A stretch of DNA of 64,000 nucleotides from Auanema rhodensis (Eukaryota > Animalia > Nematoda), in the NCBI GenBank assembly GCA_964057225.1, contig OZ059898.1:13082001-13146000 (forward strand), in the 5' to 3' direction. The first letter of the stretch is position 1. Every line of letters starts with the position of its first letter. Under the pieces are notes generated by a model. It did not search any database. It saw nothing but the letters and a program-made list of their open reading frames with translations, and was not told the DNA's origin. The translations under genes and the position numbers were made by a program. Below are positions 37,609-54,951 of this stretch, piece after piece.

Positions 37609-39696
37609 TGAAAGGAAAAAATTCCAAGAGACAAATAGAGGAAATCGTAAATAAATATTTCTTTATATCCTAATTCTACAGATATTTCTTCCAGTTTGCT
37701 CAGTGGTCAGTCAATTGAAAGCGTTGAAGATTATATGAGCCCTTAGGGAGTATGAAAGCAAATTTCATACATAAAAACCAATTGATTATGACACAAACAC
37801 GAATTAAAGAATCATTTTTCCGTGGACAGCTGGCAAGTTTTCATGTCTTACAATTCAGAAAAGAATTATGCGTTCTGCCCTCTCATCTTTTTGCTTCTGC
37901 TTTTCTACAAGTATGCAACTTGATAGATTCAGAATTTGATTTTTCATGACATGAACAATAAAACGGTTTGAAATACAGCAAGACTTTTAACGATTGAGTA
38001 TTTGGGCAACTTCAATTTCAAGAAAAACATAGAAAATGATTATAGAGGAGAGCTCCTGGGAAGTAGTAATTTGGAGGCAAATCTGAGACCAACAAACAGA
38101 GACAGAGAGAGAGAGAGAACAAAAGGTTCGGATGAATTTCTGAATATGTAACTTATCCGAAGACTTGATGACAATACGAAAAAAATTGCATGATGATGCA
38201 AGCTGTCATTATTTTTTTTGACAACATCTGTGTTGACGGCAGAAATAAGCCAAAGCAACTAGCTAGCAAATTAATAATGTTCAAAGCAGCCAAAACGGAA
38301 TTCTAGTTGTATATATTATATTCGTTCAAGCGTTTATAACAAAAATGGCTTTTTCTTCTCCATTTTAAGCCATCAAAGTGCAGCTACATCAAGATGTGTC
38401 AAATGCTCTCAATACGTTTTTCGTTCAAGAAATATAAATCTCAAGAAAGAAATTTTCACTTGAAAAAATGAAAATCAATTGGCCAAATTTTACAAATTTC
38501 AAATAAATGGTCTAAAGAATTAAGTATTCTTTGCATTTATTTAAAAGAAAGGATGAAAATCTTATGCATCTTTCTAAGATGTGAAGAGCAAAAGTATGTT
38601 TTAATATAAATGTTTGAATGTCGAAATGTTCATTTTCTTTGTGTTACGTGAAAAAGAAATTTTGAACATTCTCTATTTGTACCTTAGGCATGATTTACTA
38701 GCATATACTATAACTTATAAGTGGTAAAACTGGATATTAAATACTTACAATATAGTTACATATGTCTATTTTTATATTTAATATGAATATATATATACGT
38801 ATATGGTACCCTAACCTTTTTGATTTTTGTAGTTTGTGAACTTTAGATTGCATGTTCTAATAAACACGTTGCAACAATGTTTTGCAGTTATTAATGAACG
38901 TTCCAGTGATTTTCCATAGTTGTCTCTTTATTCAATTTCATGAGTGTGATATCAAGCATAGAAATTCTACGAAGTTAGGCAGCTGAATCGAACATGGGCC
39001 ATTAGCAAGTACATCGGTTGCATTGAAAATCTTTCAAAATTTCCTTCTTGATATCTTATTTGGCAAAATGATTCATACATATGTAAAGGAATAACCTTTG
39101 ATATAATAATATAATTACCGTTGATAAGGAATTTCCAATGTCTATACGGAGATTAATATTATTTGTAAACGAGGCTTTTAAATCATGTCGCATGGTTATT
39201 CCATCTTTCACGTAAAACGATATTTCACGTAAAACTATATTTCACGTTATTAAAAGAAATATGCTAATTATGTGTTTTCTTTTTAAAAACTACACATCTC
39301 GCACCATAATTGATTTTTTATTTTAACTTTATTGAAATTATACATTTTATTTTTCACAATATTTCCTTCATTGTTAAATGCATAGAATTCGTAAAATATC
39401 AATAATTACAGTGTTGTGAATGTGATAAGTTTTTGAGTTGTCAAATTTGATCTGCTTTTGTGATATTATGTATTTGAAGTCATTTCTTCTTTTCTTAGGA
39501 AATATTCCAAAACTGCTATAACAATCATTATAACGTGATAAATGTTTCAATGTGAGCTATAGCAATTTTTTTATGCCCCGTCAATCATACTGTTCCTACT
39601 TTTCATGTTTCAACCTGTCTGTATATTCACTTAAATTGTTTAAATTAATTTAAATGAAATTCTATCATTTTAAAGAAATATTTACAACATTTTGCC

Positions 39697-40657
39697 ATGA
39701 TCTTACCAAGTGTAGAAGATTGCTATCATGGAGTTACAGTCAATAGCCGAGATATAGACAAAAGTGATGATTTCAAAGAAACTTTAGGAAAAGCTTTGGC
39801 TGAATGGAAAGCCGAACATAAACGGGGAATATGGTTTCACATTGATATAAAGGTTACTTTCAAAATAACTTGCTATTTATCTATTTTTACTTAAAGGATT
39901 CCTATTTAATACCTATTCTTGCTGATAATGGTTTTGTCTTTCATCATTCCCAACCTCACTATGTATTGATGAATAAATGGCTCCCTAATACCCCATCTAC
40001 TTTGCCAAAGTTTAATCTTCATCTTATAATTTTAGTTTGATATCAATTTTAAGGCATTTGCATACTACGATTGGAGTGGGGGGCTTAGTTATGCGAGAGG
40101 ATAGAAGCATACTTCTGATGAGGGAGAAGAAGGGGTTTTACTTGTATCATCTTTAATTAATTAGTTATAATTTACTTTAGTGGTTATTTGGGTTGGAAAC
40201 TACCGGGAGGCATGAATGATCCAATGGAAAGTATTTTTCAAACAGCTTCACGGGAAGTATTCGAAGAAACTGGAGTTCATGCCGTAGCCAAATCTATATT
40301 AATGTTTCGGTAAAATATTTTTCTTTTGCGAAAAGAAGAACATTAATTAGACATGCTCCGTACAAGTGGCCAGGGACTTCCGATATTTATTTCATTTGTG
40401 CTATGACTCTTAAAGATGAAAATAATTCAATCATTAATCCCTGTCCTACTGAAACAGAAGAAGCTAAATGGTTCACACGGTATGTTTGTTTTGCTTTTAC
40501 TTTCAACCTTGTATCTTTAAGTTCTGAGTTCGAGGAATTGCCAAGAACATCATACATCAAATTTTTACAATTAGTAGTTGAACGTTATGATAATTTCAAG
40601 AGCTCTAACAGAAACGGCTTCACTCAAGACAAGAATGGATTTATGATTTCTCAATAG
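39697..40657 (+). CDS. NUDT6-like Nudix hydrolase
   Basis: Pre-Nudix domain (LAEWKAEHKRGIWF, NGFVFHH, KWLP) followed by IGVGGLV and the Nudix box WKLPGGMNDPMESIFQTASREVFEETGV. Confidence 0.9.
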
Positions 40658-41017
40658 ATGATTCTAACTTTATTTATTTCTACAATACAGATCTGTAAAT
40701 ATTTATAAAACATGCACACTAGAGACCTCCGCTTGCATGCGGATCTGTAAATGCACTACGTCTAAAAAATTAATTATCCTTATTGCTTAAACCAAATCGT
40801 ACATACAAGATACAAACTGAATTATCCAAAACAAACTAAATCTAGTATTGTAAAGCAGGGTCACAGGATACAAGATTGGGTATAAAACTCTAACTACTTT
40901 GTGAAAAAAAAACTCACTAAAAAGCGAAAAGTGAGAAAAATAAGTTAAGAGAACTTTGCACAACACCACTTGAACTAGTAAATAATAAATTAAGTAATAT
41001 TAGCCTTAATCCATGAA

Positions 41018-45269
<4,252 letters not shown>

Positions 45270-48200
45270 TTTTCCGATCTTTTTGCTTGGACACTTCTCG
45301 TCCTTCCTCTGAAGAAATATTATAAAGAAATTTATTTGAAATTTTATGAATCGAAATAATAAAGAAAACTGAAGAGAAACTATGAGCATCATGTGGTCGT
45401 TATCACTAATTCGTCATCAACGAAGAGCATCATGCACTGACTAATACGACAACTTTGATTAAAATCAAATTGAAAAACGATGGAGCACAATGATTTCACA
45501 GCAATGAAAAGATTGATGAGATGAAAAAGGCACAAAATCAAGTCTCAGTTTTACCGATATCTTGAAAGCAGCAGCAAGTGTAGTTCAATTCAGCTTGTTA
45601 GCTAATTTAATTCAGTAGTTAAAATTGGACAGATTTTCAAGAACATGTAAAAATCAGAGGTCTTGAAGAATACCACAAAAATGATCTTCATCGGGATTAT
45701 GTTATGACTCATGGAACCAGGCTTAACTTGGATTGCACCAGAAAGGTGCCAATCAATTTTATTTGCACCTTTTCTGTTTGCACCTTCTGCACATCTTCAA
45801 AAGGTTGAAGCAATTATGAAAGAGAGAACAGTTCTCACCTTTTTAACGAGAAAGACAATTCACTTGCTATTCTTTTTACTATAGTTGCGATAAATAATTC
45901 TAGTAGGAGAAGTTTGAGCGTCTCGATTTGTCAATATCCTGCAGTCTGCGCTCTCTTCACTCTCTTTCAACACGGCTGCTAGTGAACCAAAAGAAAGACT
46001 AAAGCATATATAGGTGTCTCCCGTATCAATGTAGATGATATTTACTGGTTGAATGGAAAAAAAGTAAGAACAACATACATTGCACAGAAACTGTGTCTGA
46101 GCAAAACAGTGCTCGGCCTCGTCTTTCGCAAGTAGTCCATCATTCATGCAAAATCGAATGTACTATGAATATGTGGTTTCATTTGCGAAAAGAAAAGATT
46201 GAAAATAGCGTTGTGGATGCAAAGCTCGTAATGCTTGACAAATTTTTTCAGATGCAGAAGCTGGAGGGTCAGTAAAATTGAATGAAAAACTAAAAACCAT
46301 GTTTTTGAAGCATTGGGGGTATCAGCGAAAAATGCTATTTGTTTATGGTGTTTTAGCAAAAACATAGACTTGTATTGGTATACAGAATTGAATTGATGTT
46401 ACATCGACAGGGAATGAAAGTAGAAAACAGACAAAACGGGAAAAATTGAGTTCTGCTTTATGGATTTCAGATGTTGAGACGATGTGAGTGCCGTATATCA
46501 GATGAGAAGACGAAAGAGGGGCATGCGTGCAGAATCGATGGGTTGGAGTTGGGCAGCAAGCAAGGAAAAACGACAGCATTATAAGGAAAGCAAGAAGAAA
46601 GGTTCCAAAGAGATTAGTATACAAATAACAATAATATGGCTGGTGAAACATAGTCAAATAGTGTTATGATAACGCATTATCAGTTATGTAATGAGAGATG
46701 AGTTTATACATATAAAGAGTAAAAGATTGACATGATTTTGTTCATGATGAACAACCCATATAACCCAGCTGAACAATGAATACGAGGAAAAAATGAGTCT
46801 CGCTTGGGCTTCTTTACATATGTATGCTTACATGAGTATAGAAACACTGAGAATAAAAATTATTCCAACTGGGGTGTGATCAATTTTGACGTATAGACTG
46901 AATATCCTTGCTTCAGGTTGCTATGCAATCACAGCAATATGCTAGTATAAGTAAGTCAAATCGAGAAACTGATTTAGTCTCTATAGAACAAAAAATAGAT
47001 ATGTAGTCTATGGTTGATGTATATGCTACACACCAGCTTACCACTTTGTTGAATGAATAAAAGACTTCAAAAAACCTCAGAAACCATGGACGAAAGCAAG
47101 AAGACGAATAATCGCAAAGTAGTATTGGAGATGAAGAAGCAGGGAAGCAGGCACCCCATGAGATGGAAGGACCTTGTCTAAGAAGACTAACAAGTCAGTT
47201 AAAACTAACATTTTATGCTTTTCGACCAACTTGAATGAAATCTAAAAATTGAGTCCTAACTTATAGCATTGATTATTATAAAGAAAACTAGGACTACTAC
47301 TCAACCGCTCTCGAATAAGCTGACTTCAAAAATGAATAGCAGTAGCGAGAAAAAAGTCACGTGAGTGCGTGCGAATCCACGTGTGAAATTATATATTTTC
47401 TGTTTCACGAATATAGTTGAATAGTTTACTACTATGGTTTGAAAATCATAAATATTCTTAATATCGTTATAGATAATTAGCTATAGATTCATGAAAAATG
47501 CATTGGTCGGGGAGAAGATTTGTAAAATCGAAAAAATGAGAAAGGAAATTGACAGAGATAAGAAGAAGCTTGTTCTACTGGCAACGCCCGCTAGACGCAT
47601 TAATGTCAAGTTGGCGTCGTAAGTTGAATTAGATTCATAAAACTGATGAAAATAGACATAGCTTTCTTCTATCTTGTTCTACCACGTTTTTATCTCTCCG
47701 CTTCAGGAATCCGATCGAAATGTTGCCCTACTGTAAAGAAATACGATTTGTCCCTATCAATAAACTTTCAAAAGAGAAATGAGTGAATGAAGATGTGTAT
47801 CCGGTTTAAATGATGCCAGAAGCTTCAATGGTCAAGAAGAGATGATGTAGCTAATTTAGGTCCTGATGACGTACTTGGCTCACATGCTTTTAAGTTCTCA
47901 TGTATCGTGGTATTCTTAGTGTTTAAAGATCTTTCTCAGTGCTTTTCTCAGGGGGGTAATAGAAGTTTGGTGTTAAGCTCGTTTAGTAAATGATCGAAGA
48001 CCAATACCTTAGTTCATAATGATAAATCAATTTTATTGGTCCCAAAGACAACTTCACTGAGACTTCATCGATACATATAAATTTGACGTGATTCACGTGA
48101 ACGAGACAAATAAAAGATGGATTAAGCTTATGAAAATAAAAAAAATATTGATAATTATCTTCAAAGAAAATTGTTTTTTTTTGTTTTCAAGTGATTATAC

Positions 48201-49323
48201 GCAGATTATATTGTGGTAATAGCGAATGTTTTTATTTTTATATATTTAATCAAGAAGAACCTAAGATGTATTGGAGAATACTGCAACGAAAAAGCGATAA
48301 TATTTTCAATAGCTTCGCATAAACTTGAAGTTTTTTACTTCTAAACTCTAATGAATACTCAGTTGGAATTAGGTTCCTGCACCAAGCTCGAAATTATTTG
48401 ACGGCTTTGTTGTAGACAGCGAAATAGCGCTTCGCAAAGTATGAAGCTTATTAGTATGCGAGATAGAGATGGAGGTTTTGACACAAAAATCAACAACATT
48501 ATATTGATTCTGCATACTACATGTGACAAAAAATTTTCAGGTTTATTCGTTTCTATTTTTTGGAGCAATAACTTGAAGTAGAGAGTAACTTCTAAAATGA
48601 GAAGAGATAGAAAGAAGCTTCTAGATTGGCAATTGGCCACCAGGAAGACACGAGTAAAAATGAAGAGAATGAAGATGGATGTTGGTGAAGTAAAGAAAAG
48701 AGTGAGCAGAAGTAGTTTGGGTTGGATTCGCTGCTTCGATTTTGGTCGAACAGACGGGAGGACGATGATGTTCATGGCGTCCTATCGACATATAAGCTTT
48801 CCCTCGACATACTCTCGGTGGGGCGCGTTTTCTCTTCCTGTCTTACTCTCAGTATCTCTTTCTCTCTATAACTCTCTTTCTCTTTCTCTCATATTCACCA
48901 TTCTGTTTGTAATTTCACTAACAGCTATCCTATACTATTCCATATCCGTCATATCAAATGACACATTTATCCATGTACTAACAACTAAAATAACATAGCA
49001 GGTAAAGAGAGAGAACAGACAGTTAAACATAAATTGAAACTTCCCATTTTCATCATTAACATTGGATACTCTCTGTAATTTGTTTCGGAACTCTGAAGAA
49101 TTCATTGATGAAGTATTGCGGGGGATGATTGAACTTGAACTTATGTTTAATAAGATCACAACAATTGATAAAACTAAACTTTATTAGTAAAATAAGATCA
49201 TTGTTAATGTATTCAAGTATATGTCATAAAAGAAGCTGAATCAAACGAATACAATGAATACAATCGCTTGGTTAAGCTCGTTTGTATATCTTTGTTAATA
49301 ACCCCTTGTGTCCACACGCGTTG

Positions 49324-50220
49324 TCAGCCGTATCTTGGAACTCCTACGGAAGCAACCAGCATTTTCTGAGCAAGAGCTCGAGCCTGAAAAGTAGTTTAGA
49401 TGTCAATAGTAGGAGAAGTTTGTGATCGAATGGAAGGAAGTAGAAAGAGTTGGTCTAGCACTACACTTTCTCAGGAAGCCTTTGCCCAACAATATTAAAA
49501 AAAAATTCGAACAAAGGGTTTTGGCCACCATTGTGCTCCCTGGTTGCCAAATATGTTGCAAGATTTTGCTCAAGTTTCCGGAGTGTAGATGAATATTAAT
49601 TCCAAGAAAAGTTGATCATCAAAATATCAAAAAAAGTCGAAAGGTTTCATTCAAATTCATTCAATCGTCGAATTTTAATTCAAAAACTTTGCTCAAAACT
49701 GGAAACCTGCGTGATCATATTCAGCTCACAGCCGGAATGGCTTCTGCTTCACTCAGTATTATTAGCCAAATAAGGATGAGATCGGAGACTTAAGAAATCC
49801 GAACCTTTTTATCGACAACGTTAATGGCTTTCATGCTGGCCGCCTTCTGAAATGAAGCTTTCGCTTCATCAGTTCGACTCATGTAATGCTGTAAAACACC
49901 TATATAATAGTAATTTGCGGCGGAGAAACCAGGCTGTAAATAAAGTTTCTTTAAAACTTCAACTTTGAACTTGAAATACTTTAACTTGTTCAGCTTTCAG
50001 AAAGCATTCGAGAGCTTCCTCCATTTGGTTCTTACCATAGTTATTCACACCTACAATGCATAATTATAATAGTTATTATAATAATAGCTAATTATAGGAA
50101 AAGCTTACCTAACGCATACCAAGCAAACGGGTCATTTGGGTTAGCTCGAAGAGCTCGTTTCAGATTTTTAGTATTTTCTTCTGACTTTAATTCTGGAGGC
50201 ATTTCTCGCCTTACAGGCAT
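49324..50220 (-). CDS. Short TPR protein resembling the C-terminal half of RMD (regulator of microtubule dynamics) proteins
   Basis: Four exons: KRALRANPNDPFAWYALG...EEALECFLKAEQVKPGFSAANYYYIG...EAKASFQKA...ARALAQKML; not in the ORF track. Confidence 0.7.
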
Positions 50221-50878
50221 TTTAGCTGGAGAGACTTTGAGGTCTATGGTTAACTGAAAAATAGAACAAAATGATAAAGAAGTATATGAGACAGATGAAC
50301 GAAATGAACAAATGAATGATCAGATGGGTGGAGAGATGCGGCTTATGATATGAGTTATGAACATATACGATGAAACTGCTTATGACGCTCAAAAGGAAGG
50401 GCGGATATCATTAATCCTACTCATAAGCCACGTGATTAATCTGATAATCGCCTGTTTGCTTCTTTCTTTCATTTTTTGTCGCAATTGCAAAACATGAGGA
50501 AGCCGATTGGAAATCAAAAAAAACTTCAAATCAGCGATTTCGCACAGAAAATGGTCCCGGCAACATACGGCTATTTTGAGTATGAGCGAGTTTTCCCGAA
50601 TATAGTCGATTATTCAGAAATTTGAAAGAAATTATTTACAGCATTACGAAAACTGTATGTAATTCATCCAATCTTAACTGAGACCCACAAATACATATGA
50701 TAAATTGTAAAAGAGATAGCAGATTAACTAATATTTATCCTGAGTTCCATTATTATACAAAATATTGTACATTTACAAGCTGATATAGCGGATTGCCAAG
50801 TATAAAACAAGATCAGTAAATGAGATATGTGACGAGTTAATGAGATTTGAAAAGTGACTGATTGTGAAGATGATTTTT

Positions 50879-51866
50879 TTAGTAACTGAAATCGTTGAAA
50901 TCGATCATATTTCCTACGAAAGATTTTAATTTCATCTCCAAGTCATTTTCGGTGAGATCATCTTCAGAGAAATGTTCTTCTTTCTGAGAATTATTGATAA
51001 ATGTTTGAAGAAAACAGTTATAGTTACCTCATCATTAGTTATATGGCAATAATTCATGAAAGGCAAACTGTCAGGACAATCCTCCAAAGTAATATCTTCC
51101 TGAAACAGAATATCATAAAATGATCTGCTGCTTTAGCTGCACATACAGGAACATGCACTTCCTCTTCATAATGGTCAGGCTTCCCACCAAAAGGCACTTC
51201 AATTTCGGCATCTTCATCATCATCCATTCCATTAAAACTAAGTTCACTAATAGTAGATAAGGTTACATTTTGCTTCAGTTCTGGTTCGGAATCACTATGA
51301 AGGATAAGAGACCCATCCTACAAACTAGTGATCAAAAGGAAAAGATTGCGAATTTTTGAAATACCGGATTAGACATATTGAATGAAGTTTCATCGCAAGC
51401 ACCAAAAGACTCAATTTCCGCATCACCATCATCATTATATACATCAAACCCTTTCTTAGTAACAGCGGTTTCGCAAAGATCATCCAAAGAATCAACTTTT
51501 CTCTACAAATAGCTGCTTATAATCAACTTCCTCCAAAATAACATACTAAACGATTAAATTGTGGAGCAATTGGATCAAATAAAGGAGCTGTTGCTATTGG
51601 AATTTGAGCTTGAGCTGGTACTGGTGCTACAACTACTGGTCCTTTCTTAACGGGAGCATCATCGAAAAAGATTTTTCCCATGCCTTTGGTAACAGGACGT
51701 GGTAAATTTTTGATGTCAATAGGTCGAGGTGTAGTATTCTGTAATAAAACTTAGTTCTTTTAAAAAGAAACTGTTAAAAATAACCCACATAAGCAATATT
51801 TTTCAATTCACCAAATGCCCTGCGGGGGGTGCTCATCACAGCAGTTCCATTTTCTCTTCTATTCAT
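50879..51866 (-). CDS. Securin-like / APC/C-degron disordered protein
   Basis: Six exons; N-terminal REN, D-box RRAFGELKN, ABBA-like FDVYND, two DAEIE motifs, acidic C-terminus; not in the ORF track. Confidence 0.6.
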
Positions 51867-52045
51867 GATTACTAAATTCAATTTTTAAAACATAATAAAG
51901 CATATAGAAGATAAAAACCCGATAAAAACGGGAAGAAAATAAATTAAAGCTCAAGAAAAAAAAATAAAAACTCTTTTCGGTAATCACAAGTTATTATGAA
52001 TCACAGTGGCAGCCACAAGGTTATAAACAGAATTTACACAGTAAG

Positions 52046-53809
52046 TTAAAGTAAAACCCCAAATAAAATCCATAATACAAAGTATACAATCAATGATATG
52101 ATTGAAACCTTCAAAAGGAATGACAACGGAGAACCAGCAGCTTCTATCGGCAAAGTATGAACCTAAAAACCAAACAAATAAACTCCAAAATGTTATTTAA
52201 TGAAGAACAAACCTGTACAGTTTGATCAGCACTAAGAGAAACAAGAGAAGCCTTGGTACTTGCAGCTATTCCAGGCATCAAACGACGATTTTCATTGTTT
52301 TGCTTTGATTCTAGAGCAACGTCTTCAGCAACTCTGTCTAAGAATTCGACTCCAGTTACAAAAATTCCATGTGTTTCCTGTAACATATAGTAAGAACAGT
52401 CTTAGAAATCAGTATTACTTTAAAAAATTGCAATGGCTTCATCTCGTGCGTGTCGAAAATGGCCACACTACCTCCCAAGGTTCCAATCCCAGTGAAGTTT
52501 CCACAAGGACTTACACATAACGCAGAAATTGACTAAATACAAATCTTTAAATAATTATTAGAGATGACGCGTACTTCTCCCTTCCTTGCTTCTTTAACAA
52601 TCACAGGCTTGCACACTTGTCGATCTCGGTTGTAAGCCCATAATGCCAAGAAACAGCTAGACTTAGATGTTCTTTGAATACAATTATATGCAACAACAAA
52701 GATAATATTATTTCCACCTAGTGTTGTGTATCTGGCTGAGCGTACCTGAACATTCGGATTATACAACTAATACGAATTATAACAACATACTCGATAACCT
52801 TTACCGATAACAGAGGGGATAGGTAAATCCTGAATTTTTTTTCCTGAGGCAATATCCCACATAGAAAACACTCCATCAGTTCCAATAGACCTAAAATGAC
52901 AAGTATATGAACACACTAATAAACAGAAACGAACATAATTATTCTGCCATCGGGGGAAATATCAAGATCATCAACATCACCTTGATGAGCCCGAATTTCG
53001 GTAACTGGCTTTCGCACAATTTCCGGATTCTGAGTAAAAAATAATACAACCGTAAAAATAAACAAAACTACTAACTCTATTATTTACAATATCTTTTACG
53101 TCCCAAACTCTGATATATCCATCGGAACCTCCGGTGACCAATTTTTGACCGCGTGAAGCTTTATCAAAACGAACACATTTCTTAACATTTTTTAAAAATA
53201 AAACTTTTGCAGAGAATTGTATATACCTGATAACCTTCTAATTTTTCATCAGTATTTATCCGAGCAATTTTTCTAAAATTATAAGACAGCATACCTTCCT
53301 GCCCTTCTTCAGCAGAAACTTTATATCCAGTTGTTTCATATATATCACAGTACTAAAATTTGAAATGTGAATATGGAATTAAAATTTTTCAAACTTACAC
53401 TATCGTGACCAGCGGCAATTAAGTATTTTCCAGCTGTGGGATTACTAACACAAACAACATCCATATTCATTGTAGCGTATTGTTCAGTCCCGATCTTTAA
53501 AGATTGAGCTTTAGATTAGCAAGACGCAAAAAATACAAACCGTAGTTGAGAGACGGGCGCTCATACCTGTAGCACTTTGAGCTATAGCGTGTTTAAATGA
53601 AAGAATGTGAGACTAGAATATAACAAATAAAACATTAAGCCAAAATTTTCTAATAATATCACCTCCATTTGATTAGGAACTCCGGTTTTTGCAGCTCCTC
53701 CACCTCCACCAAGCAGTAAATGCCGACCTCCAAGTTTTTTAATACAATACATTGGAGCTTTACATGTTGTAAGTATTGGTGGTTTATTGCGCGAGTTTGA
53801 CGATCCCAT
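52046..53809 (-). CDS. sec-12: SEC12/PREB Sar1 GEF (WD40 with C-terminal TM)
   Basis: K-loop GGGGGAAKTGVPN, QKCVRFD, VTGGSDGYIRVWD, AHQGDVDDLDISPDG, HGIFVTGVEF, LVSLSADQTV, C-terminal TM. Confidence 0.92.
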
Positions 53810-54183
53810 CTATAAAATGTTAAATAAATCTTCAAAAAAAGCTCATACACTGGTGTACACCACAATAACGCTGCGTTGTCTCACCAGGTCGTAATAAGCT
53901 AGCAGAAAAATATGTACGTGATTACACAGCTTCACGAGAAAATACACAGTATTTATTTCTCTTAGTACTATTTTATTTTAAATATAAAAGAATATTTCAT
54001 AAATTTATTTTAGTATTGGATCATAATTTATCCTCCGATTTTAAAGTCTATTTCCTCGATCGTACTTAATCATTGGATTATATCATTTTTAGATTAATAT
54101 AAAGTTTATATAAATCTGATAAATGTGATTATTGTATTTTGCAAATTCTTATTTGTTGTTATCAATATTTATATTTAGGAGAT

Positions 54184-54872
54184 ATGGATACATCAGAACC
54201 AGGTCCTATAGGAAACGAAGGCTCTCAAGATAGTAAAGATATGTATGTTTTCTTATATTAAATTGCGTTTGAGATTAACTTTTGTTTTTCTAGGAATGCA
54301 GTAAGTAGTTCTCCTGCCCATAACCCTACAGAGAATCGTCCGTTTATCTTGAAAAAATGGAACGCACTTGCTGTTTGGTCATGGGATGTAGAATGCGATA
54401 CATGTGCTATTTGTCGGGTTCATCTTATGGGTTAGAAATCCCTCAACATCAATAAAGCAATTTTTTATTTTCAGAAGAATGCTTAAGGTGTCAAGCGGAA
54501 TCATCATCAGAATGTGTAGTAGTGTGGGGTGAATGTAATCATTCATTTCATAACTGTTGTATGAGTCAATGGGTGCGTCAAAATAATCGCTGTCCGTTAT
54601 GTCAACAGGTATGTACTTTTATGAAGCTTTTTTAAATTCTTTAAATATATTCATATTCTGTCTTTAAAGTGCTCTCTTTTAACATTCAAGTTACTGATAC
54701 ATTGTTATTTCATTTTTGTGATCAATTCTGTAGCTATTAGTTCTTTCTTTAATTTAATTTTACATTTCTTTAATATTTTACTATCATTTATTACTATTTT
54801 TGGTATTTTAAAATTGTTTATAATTAATTTAATAACTTTCAGGACTGGATTGTGCAACGAATCGGACACTAG
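54184..54872 (+). CDS. rbx-2: RING-box protein 2 (RNF7/SAG)
   Basis: [36 protein letters not shown]...[32 protein letters not shown]. Confidence 0.95.
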
Positions 54873-54951
54873 TTTCATATTTTGTTATAGTCTGTGATAA
54901 TTGAGTGATATCTGTAAATTGTGTAAGTATATTTATTAATTTTTTTCTCCA

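Noticed and set aside
31100-39600. Many short Phe/Leu/Ser-rich or Lys/Glu-rich ORFs, and GGTTCGAA T-loop-like words near 32465 and 32944
   Set aside because: Compositional artefacts of skewed non-coding DNA; no cloverleaf or A-box found for a tRNA
45400-49250. ORFs between dynamin and the TPR gene
   Set aside because: No recognisable motif or consistent splice chain; probably dyn-1 upstream region, though a small gene cannot be excluded
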